Source: Eledone cirrhosa (lineage: Eukaryota). Taken from it: DNA of 64,000 nucleotides. Below the pieces are notes generated by a model. It did not search any database. It saw nothing but the letters and a program-made list of their open reading frames with translations, and was not told where the DNA came from. The DNA lies in NCBI GenBank assembly GCA_964016885.1, contig OZ024740.1, forward strand, positions 85,932,001 through 85,996,000. The letters run 5' to 3'. Numbering within the stretch: the first letter of the stretch is position 1; the number at the start of each line of letters is the position of its first letter. A program made the position numbers and the translations under genes. Shown here one piece after another: positions 26,340-40,463 of this stretch.

Positions 26340-26461
26340 CAGCAGTCCTTTATATTAATAAAGCACACACACATACATGTATAATATATGCGTCACTAAG
26401 ATAGAGGTCTTTACATCTGTCTTCGATTGAAAGAGTTTTATGCTTCTCCTTTAGTTCTCTA

Positions 26462-26479
26462 TAATAATAATAATAATAA

Positions 26480-26557
<78 letters not shown>
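26462..26557. repeat. (TAA)n(TAG)n microsatellite
   Basis: Seen directly. Confidence 0.95.
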
Positions 26558-27200
26558 AAATGAACAACGAAAAAACAACAAGTAAGATAATAAAGTTTCT
26601 AGGAATCGACGGTTCAACACCTTCCTGGTTTTAAATTCCGGAGGATGTGGTTAGGAGCTACTTTTAACAACCATAACATCTATTAAGATTTTTATAATTG
26701 ATTCATTTATTATTATTTTTGTTATTTTCTACATAAGAATCATGGGCGAAATGATGTTGAGTCTGTTTATGTTTCATTGTAGCCATATTCTTTTTACCGT
26801 CCACGTCAAAATTCTTTCACCATTCAGTAAATAGCTTCGTCATAGTGTCTGGTGCTAGATTGTTGCTAGGGAGTGCTACATATGTGTCTTGAGATTTGCA
26901 TTGTGTTTTGCTATTAATATATCCTCCATTTCTTTTTATGCTATTTTATAAGTTTGGTATCTGTAAAGATAGATGTATTATTAACAAATGTTTTGTTTTG
27001 TTTTCAGTAGTTAGTTTTGTTGTGTAATAGAGTGTGTTGCAATATATCATTGTTGAAAATGCATGGTCAATCGGTGAAGACATTGTATTAGTATGACCAG
27101 TTATAGTTGGGGCCATAATGTCTATATTACGTTTTGTTTGCTTTTTAGTCTTATGTTTGATGGGGGAGGTGTCGTTATTTAGTTCGACGTCTGTATACAC

Positions 27201-27395
27201 AAGCGTTTCTCAACCCTTTTACCCTTGTGGCACCAATGAAATAGTATTCAGGTCTCAAGAACCCCTGCATAAACATTATTACATTCCATTATTACTAAAA
27301 AATGTATTAGCTTATTTATCACTGTTTCTCGCAGAACCTCGAGCAAATTCTCGCAGAACCCTACGATTCCAGGGAAGACCAGTTGAGAAATTCTG
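27201..27395. mobile_element. Probable hAT-type MITE
   Basis: TIR TTTCTCAAC / GTTGAGAAA; imperfect 8-bp flanks GTATACAC / GTCTGCAC. Confidence 0.5.
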
Positions 27396-28199
27396 GTCTG
27401 CACACAATAATTCTTTGAGTAAAAAATGTTCCAATACTAAGCATCCTTTTCATCGTATTTTTCATCAGTGCATACCATGAAGGATCACATTACCGAATGT
27501 ATTTCCTCCCTATTTAAAACTAACATTTCTTTGATAGAAATTTGCCTGCTATATTTTGTAGGTTAGGTGACATTGCAGGTGCTGCCTCGTTGACTCCTTT
27601 AGTCGTGCCATTTGTTGAATTTCAGTTTTGGTTTTATATTATTAATGCATTAGGAAATTATATACTGCATCAAGCAAAATGGAATTAAATAGACAATGGT
27701 TCTTAAAAGAATTTGAGAAACAATGTTAAATTTGTGGTTTTTAATAATGGTTTCTAATTTAGGCACACGACCAGCCCATTGGGGGTTTGTATCAAGCAAA
27801 TACGTTTTTTAATTTCTCACCCCAAACAAAGCAATAAAACCACCAAAATGCAAGGGATTACTGTGAATGGGAAAGGACAAGACACAGAACAAAACTCAAG
27901 AAGGGAAGAAGGGAGAAGATGGTGATTAATGTTATTTTTGCAGTTTTGCAATAGAACTTGCAATAGAAATTGCAATTTTATATAGGAAATATAAATATAA
28001 ATGGATGAGACATAGCTGCAAATCTGGTGAAGACATGGCAACAATGACAAAAGCTCATCAGAAGAATTCCAACGAAAATATTTAGCAAAGAAACACAGAA
28101 ACATCATTTCAACTATTTTATAGTGATGTGTCAAAACAAATGATGTTGACGATTCTTTTTTCGATCTTATCCAGATTCTCTATGTGTGCAGCAGAGGTA

Positions 28200-29050
28200 C
28201 CAGACCAGATGTGGCAACAGTAATTAATACAAGGACAAAGAGTAGATAAATAAAGATATGATTTCTTTCGGCGTGAAAGTGTGAACCACCTTTCTGAACA
28301 GCAAACTTGGCGCTCGACGTGATATAATCATTCTAGCTCAAATCAGTGGAAAGTGCCAGACGAAGTAGGTGTAAAGAGTTTCTCTCTTGGAAGATATGAT
28401 CAGCCATACAAATGGAAGACAAAAGTGGTTCTATGTGGTGATTAAATTGTAGCTGTTTAGTTTTAGAGGCATTAAGCCATTTTTAACCCCACTCAAAAAC
28501 TGATTGAAGGTCATATTCAAGATCAGCAGCCAATTCAAATTTATATAACTATGTAGTATGACAAGAATAAAGAGGTGGTGTGTCGTCAGCTGAGAAAATA
28601 TATGATCGGAGAGATTATTGATGAAAATTAAGAATAGTATAGGACCCAGCAAAGAACCTTGAGAGTATTGAGGTGGAAATACCTAGAAGATTAGTCATTC
28701 AAGACAAACATAAGTTCGAGATTTTATAAGAAAGATTCAATCAATTTGAAAATCTGTCCAGATGCACTATAACCTCTCAACGTACGAAGAAGACAAACAT
28801 AACAAATTCTGTCAAAACCTCAGAAATATCCAAGTCGACAACCATAGCTTCACAACTGTTAAGAGAACAGTAATTGATCGTGTAAAGTGTAAACGTAAGC
28901 CATATTGTTTATCTGAAATAAAACCCAAACAGATAGCAGTTAGAAAACTAACGACTTTTTGGCTTCTTGTTCAATTTCTTAATAATTCAGAAGACAAAGC
29001 TTAACTATAAACTCATTACTTGATTTTTTATACTAACGCTGGGTTACAAA
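28200..29050 (-). mobile_element. Decayed CR1/L2-type LINE RT fragment
   Basis: QGSLLGPILFLIFINNL followed by an FSADD-like motif. Confidence 0.6.
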
Positions 29051-29496
29051 TTTATATGGTTGGTAAAGTGAATTCACATGGATTTTATCACAAGGATATA
29101 CATTTTAAAAGAGACACATATATTAATGGAGATTATAGGTTTCGCGAAATTATTTATTAAATTATTAAAACATCAAGATAGGAAATAAATTTTATTTTAT
29201 TTTTGTAAAACAAAAGCAAAGAATTAAACATTCTAAATTTCAAAAGAACTAATTTATATGTTATTATGCTCCTTCAGTTTGACAGAAAATACTTGTTGAC
29301 AATAACGGAAGCCAAGGAATTACAAGAGTGGTTAATCACAGAAGAAATAAAGGACTTCATCACAATCAATATCTAATTGGGAGAATGTTGAATTGTTAAA
29401 GTGATAAGCATAAGTCTGAGCAATTTTAAGTAGGAAGGAATCCTCTTTTGTGTGAATCATTGTGGACCATTATAATCACAGTTTTATAAATCATTA

Positions 29497-29835
29497 TCTA
29501 TAAAAGCAGATTTTTGTGTCTGTATGTATGTTTCAATTTTATACATTTGCACAATTTCAAACCGATTCAACTCAAAGTCTGTAAGAATGTTGTAAATGAT
29601 CTAACTTAGGTCAACGACTATTTATTTATTTCAAACTCACCCACAATTACGGAAATAATCGATAAAACTAAATACATGACGCTTTACCCCTCTAATACAA
29701 TCTGATAACCTCTCACTACTACTCTTAAAATTCGATAAAACTACATACATGCTGCAACTTTCTCTTATATACGCTTAAACTTACAAACTTCCTTTAGGAA
29801 CGCCGAAGAAAGAAGAGAGAAAGAAATGAAGGAGA

Positions 29836-29902
<67 letters not shown>

Positions 29903-30561
29903 TTTGTTTTTGAGTGTGGAATGGTCAAACATTTATTTACTTCAATGACAACAATTATTCAAAAGCAACAGATAAATTTATTCAACAACAAAAAAAAAAT
30001 ACCGGTAAATCTTTTTAAAAACATCTCTCAACGAACGTGGAAGAAAGAAGTATCAGTTTATTTACTATACACAATAATATCCTCTATGAGGTCACTAAAC
30101 CTGCTAGAAATAGCAGCTAACTCTCCCCCATATCACACCCCTCCCTACTGTCTTAAATTTAGAAAACACATATCCTCTATGAGGTCACTAAACCTGCTAG
30201 AAACACCAGCTAACTCTCCCCCATATCACACCCCTCCCTACTGTCTTAAATTTAGAAAACACACATTAGACAACCATGCAGAACAACTCCATCGCAGCTC
30301 TGTTGTTCGACTGGCATCGTCTACGCGCGCGTGTTGCGTAAGTACTGTGAAACAATAAATTTTAACACTTCTTTGCACAGAGATAATATCCATAAGCGAA
30401 ACTACAATTGTCACTGCTGGTGCAGCTCCTGCTTCGGCAGTCCAGGTCTGCAATTCATTCACCCAGTGCCTGGCAGACAAAAAAGTGCTGCCATAAAATG
30501 GGTGGTGCAACCTAACTTTGGTAACTTACTGACCCCGAGCAACGCCGGGCTTTAATGCTAG
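29497..30561 (+). mobile_element. Non-autonomous Helitron
   Basis: A|TCTATAAAAG 5' end; 3' hairpin CCCGAGCAACGCCGGG, then CTAG|T; internal (GA)n and 93-bp tandem duplication at 30077-30262. Confidence 0.8.
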
Positions 30562-32879
30562 TCAATAATAAATGTTTTAAAGTGGATCATTTAGTTATGC
30601 GATCAACTCGTACATTAACATGTAAGTGCATGGTAATTCAACTGACACGTGTACTCTGAACGTAATTCCCAAGCTAAATCAGCATGATACATGATACAAG
30701 GCTCTCAAAGAAAATGGAGATAATTTCAATAAATTGAAAATTAATTTCAAATATTGTCATACTTAAGGGAGAGTCTGATCTTTGTTAGCAGGAACAATGA
30801 CAGTGATGGATATGATTCGTCAGTAACAAACAACGCGAACTCGCTTAATCAATAAAAGTACATTTTTTTCATACAGAAAAAAATGTTCTCGAATAGTTTT
30901 CAGCAGTGGTAATTTGCATAATAATAACCAAATTCAGCCAAGGGAAGTAACTCAAATAAGCGAATGGCAAGGAATGAGATAAATGAAGATATGCTGAATG
31001 ATGAACACAATTCTTTTTAATTGAAATATTTTCTTGGTTGCAGAAAGGAAACAGAAATTTAGCTGCATTTGTCTGGGACACATAAAGGAAATGGGGATAA
31101 TTTCAATAAAGAATTAACGAAATAAAACTTGTTATGATTGAGGAAAATTTCCGTCTTTATTAGTGACAAGGATGGCAACAACGGATATGCTTCGGTCTTA
31201 TTTGTACTATTTAGTGAATCATAAACAGCAGAGACTTGCCTGATCTATAAACCTAGGTTTTTACACAAATGCAAAGTGTTATGAATATTCGAATGCAACA
31301 GTATCATTAATATATTTCAATATATTAATATCTTTTCATACGACATTCAGTCCATTCCTACATACTATGCTCCAATTCGTGACATTAGCTTAACCGAGTT
31401 ATTTCCCTTAGCTCAATGTTGCTTTTTTTATTATGCTAATTACTTTTGACATCATTTGTTTGTAACAGTTTCTTTTCTATATATGGACATACTTTGCTTG
31501 CGTAAACATTTATTTTATATGCACCTATATTTCACTGACATAACCGTGCATATGGCCGTCACTGACACTAACTAAGATCAAACTTACTCTTAAATACACG
31601 AACTTCTTTTGTTACTTAATTTAAGATATCTCTTTTGTTACTTAATTTAAGATATCTCTCCATTTATTTGTGCGTACCTGATTTTATAATATCTTAATTA
31701 CACAATAAACTTATTAGGCGATCATAAAAAGAAAACATAAGTAACGAAGTTGTTAATTCCAAATGTTATTTTGGAGAACCTGAAGAGTACTTTCTAATGC
31801 TCATTGTCTTTGAGAAAATGTTAGATACAAATGTACTACGACTACTACAAACAAGACATTAATATACCGGTGCTACTTCTAATTCTTTTGAGTACAGAAA
31901 CTATTCGCATTTATATTTGTTTAAAGAAAAGCTCGACTACACTCACACAATTGATTATGAATTTACGCAAATTTACAAATTTTTGCCTCCAATGCTAAAT
32001 AAATAACATAATAAAACTTTACAAAGATGGTATGTCAGAATTTAATATATGCTCATCTAAAACCTGTGATTATTCTTTGTTTACATATACTACCTTGCAT
32101 TCTATTTAATAAGATTTTCGAGTCTATACAGACAGATCTTTTTTCGCTGTGTATGATTTGGATTCTGCAATAAATACTTTTGTCTCCTTATTGTTCTTAT
32201 GGCTATACTCTTTCAGTATAATCCTTTTCCCTTCTAGCTCCTAATTTTTACTGTGACTATATTTGATACTTAATTCAGCTTTTAAATGGCTTATATGTTT
32301 CCTTTTTATAGGTATTAATATTTTATAGGTATTAATATCTATATACATCGTGTTTGTATTCTAACAAATGTTAAGGTAAGTAACTCTGAATGAGTCATGG
32401 TTGCGGCGAAGATGACGATACTATTGACGTCTCACCGCTACCATGACTACCAACGTTATTTCTCCAAACTCAAGGAAGCATTTAAATATAAGTTTGAAAG
32501 CAGAAGCAACGAAGATGGTGTCCAGCTAGATCCTGTCAACAAATTCTCCATATGGTTTAAATACACGTCTCCGATATCCGAATAGATAAATGTCTGCAGG
32601 AGGACAGCCAGGAATTACTACCTAGATGAGGCCGGGCCCCCTAAGGGGTATAAGAAGTTTCTTCTCTGAAAACCTTCTGCCGTCCAGCTCCCCTCGGAGT
32701 TTCTCACTACTATTTTCTTAGTTACATTTTAATTCTATTCTTCCTTATTAGTCATAGCTTGAAGTTTGATTCGAGATAAGTGTTAATTGCATTTCATTAG
32801 TATTAATTTTTAATTAAGGAATACTTTCAAATGCTTTATATACATTTTCTTATACCCTTCATATAATCATAGGTGTGTG

Positions 32880-33756
32880 CACAAGAGAAAATCAAAAGGT
32901 TTCCGGACTAGCTCTTTATTTAAAAAAGGACTTTATTTACATAAGTTTAAACACCATCTCCTTCGAAATAGTCCCCTTGCGTAGCAACACACCGATCCCA
33001 GCATTTCTCCCACACCTGGAATGCCCCCTTGAAGTCATCTTTTGTAAGTTTGTATGAAGCTTCTGTGGTTCGTGTTGGATTTCGGCAATGGTGTTAAAAC
33101 CGTGACCTTTGAGCTTGATTTTCATCTTCGGAAAAAGGAAGAAATCTGCAGGAGCTAACTATGGCGAGTAAGGTGGGTGCGGAAGTGATAGCATGATGTG
33201 CTTGGCGAAAAACTCACGGGCGATGAGTGCTCGGTGACAGAGTGCGTTGTCATTGTGGAGAATCCAGTTCTACTCGCACCACGGATCCGACCACTTTCGC
33301 CGAATATTCTTCCTCAAACGCCTCAGAACTTCACAGTAAAACTAGTTTTGACGGTCTGGCCCAGCGGAACGAATTCGCGATGAAAAAGAGCGCGGATGCC
33401 GAAAGAGACGATGAACATGCTCTTGATTGAATTATAGCGCTGTTTAGCCATCTTCGGTCATGGAAATGATGGACTCTTCCATTGTGTTGGCTGCTGCTTT
33501 TTTTCTGAAGCATGTTCAATGTCTCCTTGACTGATTTTCCAAGTTTAACACCAAATTTCACGTTGGCTCTTTGTTCCAACGTGATGCCTATCATGGAATC
33601 GCAGACTTCCACGCGGAAGAAAAACACAACGATGATCAGAAAAACCCAAATTTAACAACTCATGATGTAAACACAATGATGCCACTTGGTACACTGTGCT
33701 AGCATCTGTTGCCGCGCTACAGAGCTAGTCAGGAAATCTTTTGATACCACACCGTA
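32880..33756 (-). mobile_element. Internally deleted mariner transposon
   Basis: TIR core ATCAAAAGRTTTCCKGACTAGCTCT at both ends; EQRANVKFGVKLGKS, HNDNA, HPPYSP*LAPADFFLFPKMK. Confidence 0.85.
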
Positions 33757-34091
33757 TTTAGGTATATACATTCTGTCTATGTAAATATACACGTGTGTCT
33801 AAACCTCTCTCTTTCTCTCTCTGGTTAAATCTTTAGAATATGAATTTTAAAAAAATTAAGGAAAAAACAAAAAATAAAACAACGGAAAAACGGACAGTCC
33901 CATCTCCTTAGTCAATCGCGGGAAATCACTATGGTTTCGATGTTTAAAGTTAATACCATTCATTCCAGTGAACATTGGGATGTAACAAAACAGGTAGAGA
34001 CAAAAAAAGGACAAGTTATGCTTTTCGGCGAATTAATAGGATTGTACATTTTTCCGTTGACTTTTTCCATTTTCTTTGTCCTGTGCACCCC

Positions 34092-34154
<63 letters not shown>

Positions 34155-34157
<3 letters not shown>

Positions 34158-34570
34158 AGTGACCTACATTCCGCGGGCTCACATACATTCTCTGTGCGTG
34201 ATTTGGCTCAGCTCAGCCAATCACCGCCAGTAGAAGAGGATGTATCCCTACGCGTTCCGAGGGAGAAATAGCCCGCAAAGATTTGAGGGCGCCACGACTC
34301 GCAGCTTCGACCGTGCTAAGGTAAACAACCATTTTTCTTGCGCCGTGAAATCACTAGCCAATATGTAACACAACAATTTAACCACGGCCTGGCAACGCTT
34401 CTCTCAGCCTGTAGCCCGTGTCTTTCTGGAATCTTAATTCGTTTGTTTAATTTCTCTTGGTATGCCAGCTCAACCTCTGTTAATAAATAATGTAAAACCA
34501 AGCTAAAAGTCGTTGTCGATATTCCTATTATATCTTTCTACCAAACCTGGTTCCTCGTGGCAACATTACA
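34155..34570 (+). mobile_element. Probable solo LTR
   Basis: TGTAGTG...CATTACA termini, AATAAA near 34482, GC-richer than flanks; no TSD seen. Confidence 0.5.
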
Positions 34571-34687
34571 ACTTCTGAAATATACTTCTCCGCTAAATTG
34601 GAATTTACATCTTCAACCCAATTGGTGACTTATACACAACAAAGAGAAACACATTCCTTTCCTTTATTGGTGACAACACATCTACAC

Positions 34688-34737
<50 letters not shown>

Positions 34738-34740
<3 letters not shown>

Positions 34741-35150
34741 GGAAAAAATGAAACGAAATTTCATTTCCCACTCTTAGTACGGCTGTTACTTAAATATAAG
34801 TATGTACACGTACATACATATATGTATACAGACGTACAGTAGTATGTATATATATATATTCATACATGCACACATATATATATGTACGTAGGGATTCACC
34901 GAACATTTATTATAATTCTCGGTGTGTTTGTAAACAAACATCCCGAATTAAGCCGTAGTGCATAGCAACCATCGTTGCTCGTTTGTTCAACACTGACAAA
35001 GGAACGCTGTACTAGTTTCAAGCGTATTAGCTATCGTCAGCAACGTATACATTCCTGCCAGATTGTTGAACGTATATACTTACCTTATGCATATTAACGG
35101 CTGAGTAGCCCAATTTGCATATCGAGTGGGTTAATCGGCCGGGTGCCGAT
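34738..35150 (+). repeat. Dispersed repeat unit also present in tandem inside the Helitron at 54960-55600
   Basis: Direct similarity, e.g. AACGAAATTTCATTTC.CACTCTTAGTACGG and CCCGAATTA.GCCGTA. Confidence 0.8.
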
Positions 35151-35401
35151 TATATATGTGTGTGTGTGTGTGTATATATAGAGATGTAATCTGAGTTTTT
35201 CGAATATTAATAATGATTTCTAGTATAGGCACAAGGCGAGTAATTTTGGGGGAGGGGAAAGTCGATAACAAACAAATAATTTATCTGTTCTGTTTATATG
35301 CCAACACAAGAGCAAGAATTACGGGGTCATTCTACTGGCATGGCTTTGAAGAGGCTGTTTGCATAATTGCAAATGAATCGAATATTATTATTAATATTCG
35401 A

Positions 35402-35619
35402 AGGGTGGTGGATTGGCAGTGTTGGTAGAGATCGGACGCCATGCTTTGCAGAATAGAGTTACGGCCCTTTATGATCTGAGTTCAAATCCCTCCGAGATTA
35501 ACTTTGCCTTTCATTCTTACGAGATCGATAAATTAAAGTACCAGTCACGCACTGGGGTCGATTTTATCGACTTTCCCCTCCCACAAAAGTGCTGGCCTTG
35601 TGCCTATATAAGAAACCAT

Positions 35620-35622
<3 letters not shown>
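35402..35622 (+). mobile_element. Full tRNA-derived SINE
   Basis: A box TGGCAGTGTTGG, B box GAGTTCAAATCC, shared core, GCTGGCCTTGTGCC tail. Confidence 0.85.
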
Positions 35623-35656
<34 letters not shown>

Positions 35657-36460
35657 ATTGGTTTACGTATATGTTAATTAATATTTGTATTCCTTGTTTG
35701 AATTATCTTTTACTTTAACATACCCTGGTATCTTTATATATATATTGAAATAAACATCTAATTTTATAGATTTATAACTATTAATTTCATAACTATTTTA
35801 TTGCTATAACTTCGTTTTGATTCCTAACCGCAAATTTAACTTGAATAGTTTTAATACCTCCTAGATTAAAATATATTCACTCTCTCCTTATTTTTATATC
35901 TGTACTTTTTCGATTTATATTTTCTTCCTCCCCGCTTTTCCTTGTATGGTTGGGACTTTGGTTTATTTAACACTAGTGTATTAATATGACTATTGTTCTC
36001 TGATAATGCTTAATCCCTTATAGATAATTTCCACCTGTTTTCTTAATTAAACCACCTCTTTTATAATCGTAATAAGATTGAATAATCATAACCTTTCTGT
36101 ATATATTATATTTGATTTTGTATGCTTAATATCAATGCTAATGAAGTAAATACATAAATACTTTTATTCTCTACAGTTATATATAATTCCCTTTAACATT
36201 TTTTCTGTTGCTTCATAGAAATGATGTTCAACTTATTAATGATTCGAAATCGATAATGATTAATGATTGATAATTAGTAATTTGTAATTGATAATTAATC
36301 AATTATTGATGATTGCTGATTATTATTTATTGATTATTATTTTTCAGTGTTTCCATTATTGACCCCTTTTATAGCTTCGTTAGTAATTTTTTTATGAATA
36401 AGAGATTGTAAATTATTAATTTAGTAATATTAATGTTAGAGACATGTACACATATATACA

Positions 36461-37575
36461 TCATAAAAATATGTATATATAAAAAAATTAAGTATGTGTG
36501 TGTCTGTGTGTCTGTGTATTACCTATAGGCGCTTACATCTTACGATCGATTTTAATGAAACTTTACAGGCTCATAGATTAGTCATCGGGGAGTGTTTTCT
36601 ATATATCAGCGTATCGTTTTTTTTTTTTTTATTCCGGGGTCATTCTGCAGATAAAAATCGATAGGGATGTCACCTTTTTTTAGGTATCGAAAAATAAATT
36701 TTTGGCTCTAGCTCCCACATTTTGCCACCGATTTCGTTCAAATTTTAAAGCAAAATAGAATTTATCATTGCACATCCTATAATGGCTTTATATTTTGCAT
36801 TTGTTGTTTAGGGACGGCGTGGCAGCCGCTTAAATATTTAAAAAATACCACTTTTAGACTCAAATTTCTTTTTCGGCTCTAGCTCCCACATTAATCAACC
36901 TACTTTGTTCAAATTTTACACTACGCTAGATCTGATTATTTCACGTCTTAAAGTGGCTTTACATTTTGGATATTTTTGTTCAGGAACGGCGTGGAAGCCG
37001 CTTAAATATTCGAAAATGCCCCCTTTCCGCTCAAATTTCCGCCTTTTCTGCGCTAGCTCCCACATTTTTCAACCGATTTCGTTCAAATTCGAAACTTCGG
37101 CTCCACCTCACACATAAATCAATTTATTTGGTTCAACTTTTATGCTACGATAGAACCTAACATTGCGCATCTTTTAGTAGCTTTACACTTTGCATTTTTT
37201 GTTCAGGGACGGCGACCTATCATTAGCTCCTACATTTTTCAACCGATTTCGTTCAAATTCGAAACTTCGGCTCCACCTCACACATAAATCAATTTATTTG
37301 GTTCAACTTTTATATTACGATAGAACCTATCATTGCACATCTTACAGTAGCTTTACAATTTGCATTTTTTGTTCAGGGACGGCGTGACAGCCGTTTAACT
37401 CTTCAAAATACGATTTTTTCCACCTCCCACATATTCCATACGATTTCACTCAACATTTCGCCATTTGCTACACCTTACAACCGATTTTCAAGAAACTCGC
37501 AGTCGCTAAGATCAACACCTTTTCATCAAAGCAGATATTTTACCTACTCAGGCAACGCTGGGTACTGCTGTTTGT
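36461..37575 (+). mobile_element. Non-autonomous Helitron with internal tandem repeats, degenerate ends
   Basis: Repeated TAGCTCCCACATTTT..CCGATTTCGTTCAAATT units; 3' hairpin TACTCAGGCAACGCTGGGTA resembling the other Helitron ends. Confidence 0.6.
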
Positions 37576-37679
37576 ATTAAATATTCTCCTGGTATAATTC
37601 TTACATAAAGCTATGTAACCTGCTTCAGATTCCCTTTCCTTCTCTTACTCCATCTTCTCTCTCTCTCTCCACACACACA

Positions 37680-37712
<33 letters not shown>

Positions 37713-37719
37713 GCACACG

Positions 37720-38808
37720 CACACGCACACATGAAGTTGGGTGTTGTTTGTTTGGTGTCCCGAACTTGCAGGCTACATCGTTCATCCGATTTTTCATGAA
37801 ACTTGACACATATATAAAACTCGACACGTAGATTGGAATAGGCTACTTGAAACTCTCGAAAAATCGATAATCGGACACCCCAGAGGCAAAAAGTTAACTA
37901 GAACTTCAAAAATAGATACCTTTAAGGTATCTATTTTTGAAGTTCTAGTTAACTTTATTTAGTTACCTACCTAGCTATGTGTGCTTACACACTTGTAAAA
38001 ATTATCTCCTGTGATTATTCATGTGTTTATTTATATGTTAATCAATTTCTAGTTGTTATAAAATGCTCGGACCTATTCATTAGAATCTTAGAGCTTATGT
38101 TGCAGGTGATATGGCGCGTGCCTTTCTGGCATGACACCCATAATTTTGATTTAGATTAAATTCATTATGATGTATCTTAATTTTGGATATAGATATATAA
38201 ATACGGCTCCTTAATTGTAGAGCTAACTCTGTTGAAAGGACTTGACTGCTGTTTCTAGTTGTCGATAACCCTATTCACGCCACTGGGACGAAGCTGGTAT
38301 GATGTGTGTATTTCTAGTAGATACAGCACGTGTTACTGGCCAGTCGCTGATTTGAACTTAATGCGTAAACATAGACCGCTGGACTTCTTCCTTGTTGAAA
38401 ATCCAAGTACCGGCATTCGATTAATTGGTGAAATATATTTCTTTAATGGAGTATATACAGAGAAGATTAATCATATTATAAGGTATCTATTTTTGAAGTT
38501 CCAGTTAACTTTATTTAGTTACCTACCTAGCTATGTGTGCTTACACACTTGTAAAATTTATCTCCTGTGATTATTCATGTGTTTATTTATATGTTAATCA
38601 ATTTCTAGTTGTTATAAAATGGTCGGACCTATTCATTAGAATCTTAGAGCTTATTTTGCGGGTGATATGGCGCATGCCTTTCTGGCATGACACCCATAAT
38701 TTTGATTTAGATTAAATTCATTTTGATTTATCTTAATTTTGGGTAAACCGATGATAAGATAAGACAGGTAGATGAGAAAACGACCGTACTGGATGCGTTG
38801 TTTGGCTT

Positions 38809-38874
<66 letters not shown>

Positions 38875-39180
38875 CAAAACAAAAGACAGATTAAAAACTT
38901 CCAGATACACCAGATTCCTAGTTTTACCGTTCGTGCATAGTATATAAAGATTTCTAGGTATTCCCACTCGTGAACAACTTACATATAACTGTTCATGAGC
39001 CAAAACCGATTCTCTCATATTCAATCCTACAACTTTGAGAATCTGACCTTGAGCTTCATTTATGGTTATAGCACAACTGGTTCTAACGGGGAAATGAAGT
39101 CTTGAGAATACTACTGCAGCTCGGTAGAGGAAGGGATAAGAGGATTCTTGGGAATAAATGTACTTTCTCCTTGATGATTG
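37720..39180. mobile_element. Rearranged Helitron remnant: 5'-like segment, 67-bp palindrome, ~265-bp duplication, helicase C-terminal fragment on minus strand
   Basis: HEQLYVSCSRVG..KTRNLVY at 38890-39024; 37924-38190 duplicated at 38480-38745. Confidence 0.7.
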
Positions 39181-39701
39181 CCTACAAGAAAAGAGTTATA
39201 TTGGATTATTGGGTTTTATGCCTGTATCTTAGTATATCGATTTACACCTATATACTAAAATACAGGTTAATCAAAACATTTCCATTTACCATATTTCTTC
39301 GTATTTCATTTATGGAAACATTTGTAAGACGAATAGAAATGTCTTAAAATACTTCAAAGTTCTTAGATTTATTATTTATGTGCTCTGTGTACTAACACTC
39401 ATAGAGTAACTCAGCTTTGTTTATCCAATATTTTAATTCTTGATTTCACATGGTTGAATAGCTTCGTTTTATATTAACTGATAGTTATCATATTGAGCTT
39501 GGAGGTTTTTGGCATAATTTACCAAATTGATCTTCGAACCAATTAGTCTGATATATATATTTATACACACATACTTATATGTAAATCTACTAGAATACAC
39601 ACACACACACACACACACACATGCGCGCGCACGCACACACACATATATATATATGTATAAACATATATACATAAATACACACATATGTACACACACGTAC
39701 A

Positions 39702-39761
<60 letters not shown>

Positions 39762-39789
39762 TATATATGTAAAATGTAAACAGAAATAA

Positions 39790-40429
39790 CAAACATAAAA
39801 AAACAAACGGCATAGTACATGGAAGAAATATATTAGTTTAACGCTTTAAATTGCAGGAAGAGAGTCTATCGTCTCGGACACCAGTCCTGCATCAGAAGGT
39901 AGATTTAGAAATAAAAAATAAATAAAAAGAAAAAACTGAGGAGAGGAAGGAACGGAAAAATGAGACAAAAACACAATTGCGTATTCAGCCGGCCATCTTG
40001 TATACACACACACACACACACAGACACACACAGACACAGACACAGACACACACACACAGACACAGACACAGACACACACACACAAACACACACACATAGG
40101 TAAACGGAAATAACAATACAATCGGTACAGTACATGGAAGGAATATATTAGTTTAACGCTTGAAATAGCAGGAAGAAGGTCTTAACGTTTCGGACGCCAG
40201 TCCTTCACCAGAAGAAAGAATGAGAAATTAGAAAGATTGAAGGGACGGGCAGGGCAGAATCTGAAAAAAATGTTTTTAGAGAAATATAACAAGTCCATTC
40301 ATGTTGCTATCTCTTGGAAAACTGTCATTTTGTGTATGATATACTTTTTTTTAGAAAAGTGGCTGATGGAGCGCGTCTACCTGAAATTGAAAGAAAACGT
40401 TTTTGTATATAGAGCTATACCTGTGCGTA

Positions 40430-40463
<34 letters not shown>

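Noticed and set aside
30600-32700. AT-rich unique-looking stretch, possible exons or decayed ORF
   Set aside because: No recognisable motif or supportable exon structure
33900-34097. Single Tc1/mariner-like terminus (minus TACAGGGGGTG)
   Set aside because: No partner TIR or transposase remnant found
35402-35495. tRNA gene
   Set aside because: A and B boxes belong to a SINE head that continues into the SINE core; no cloverleaf
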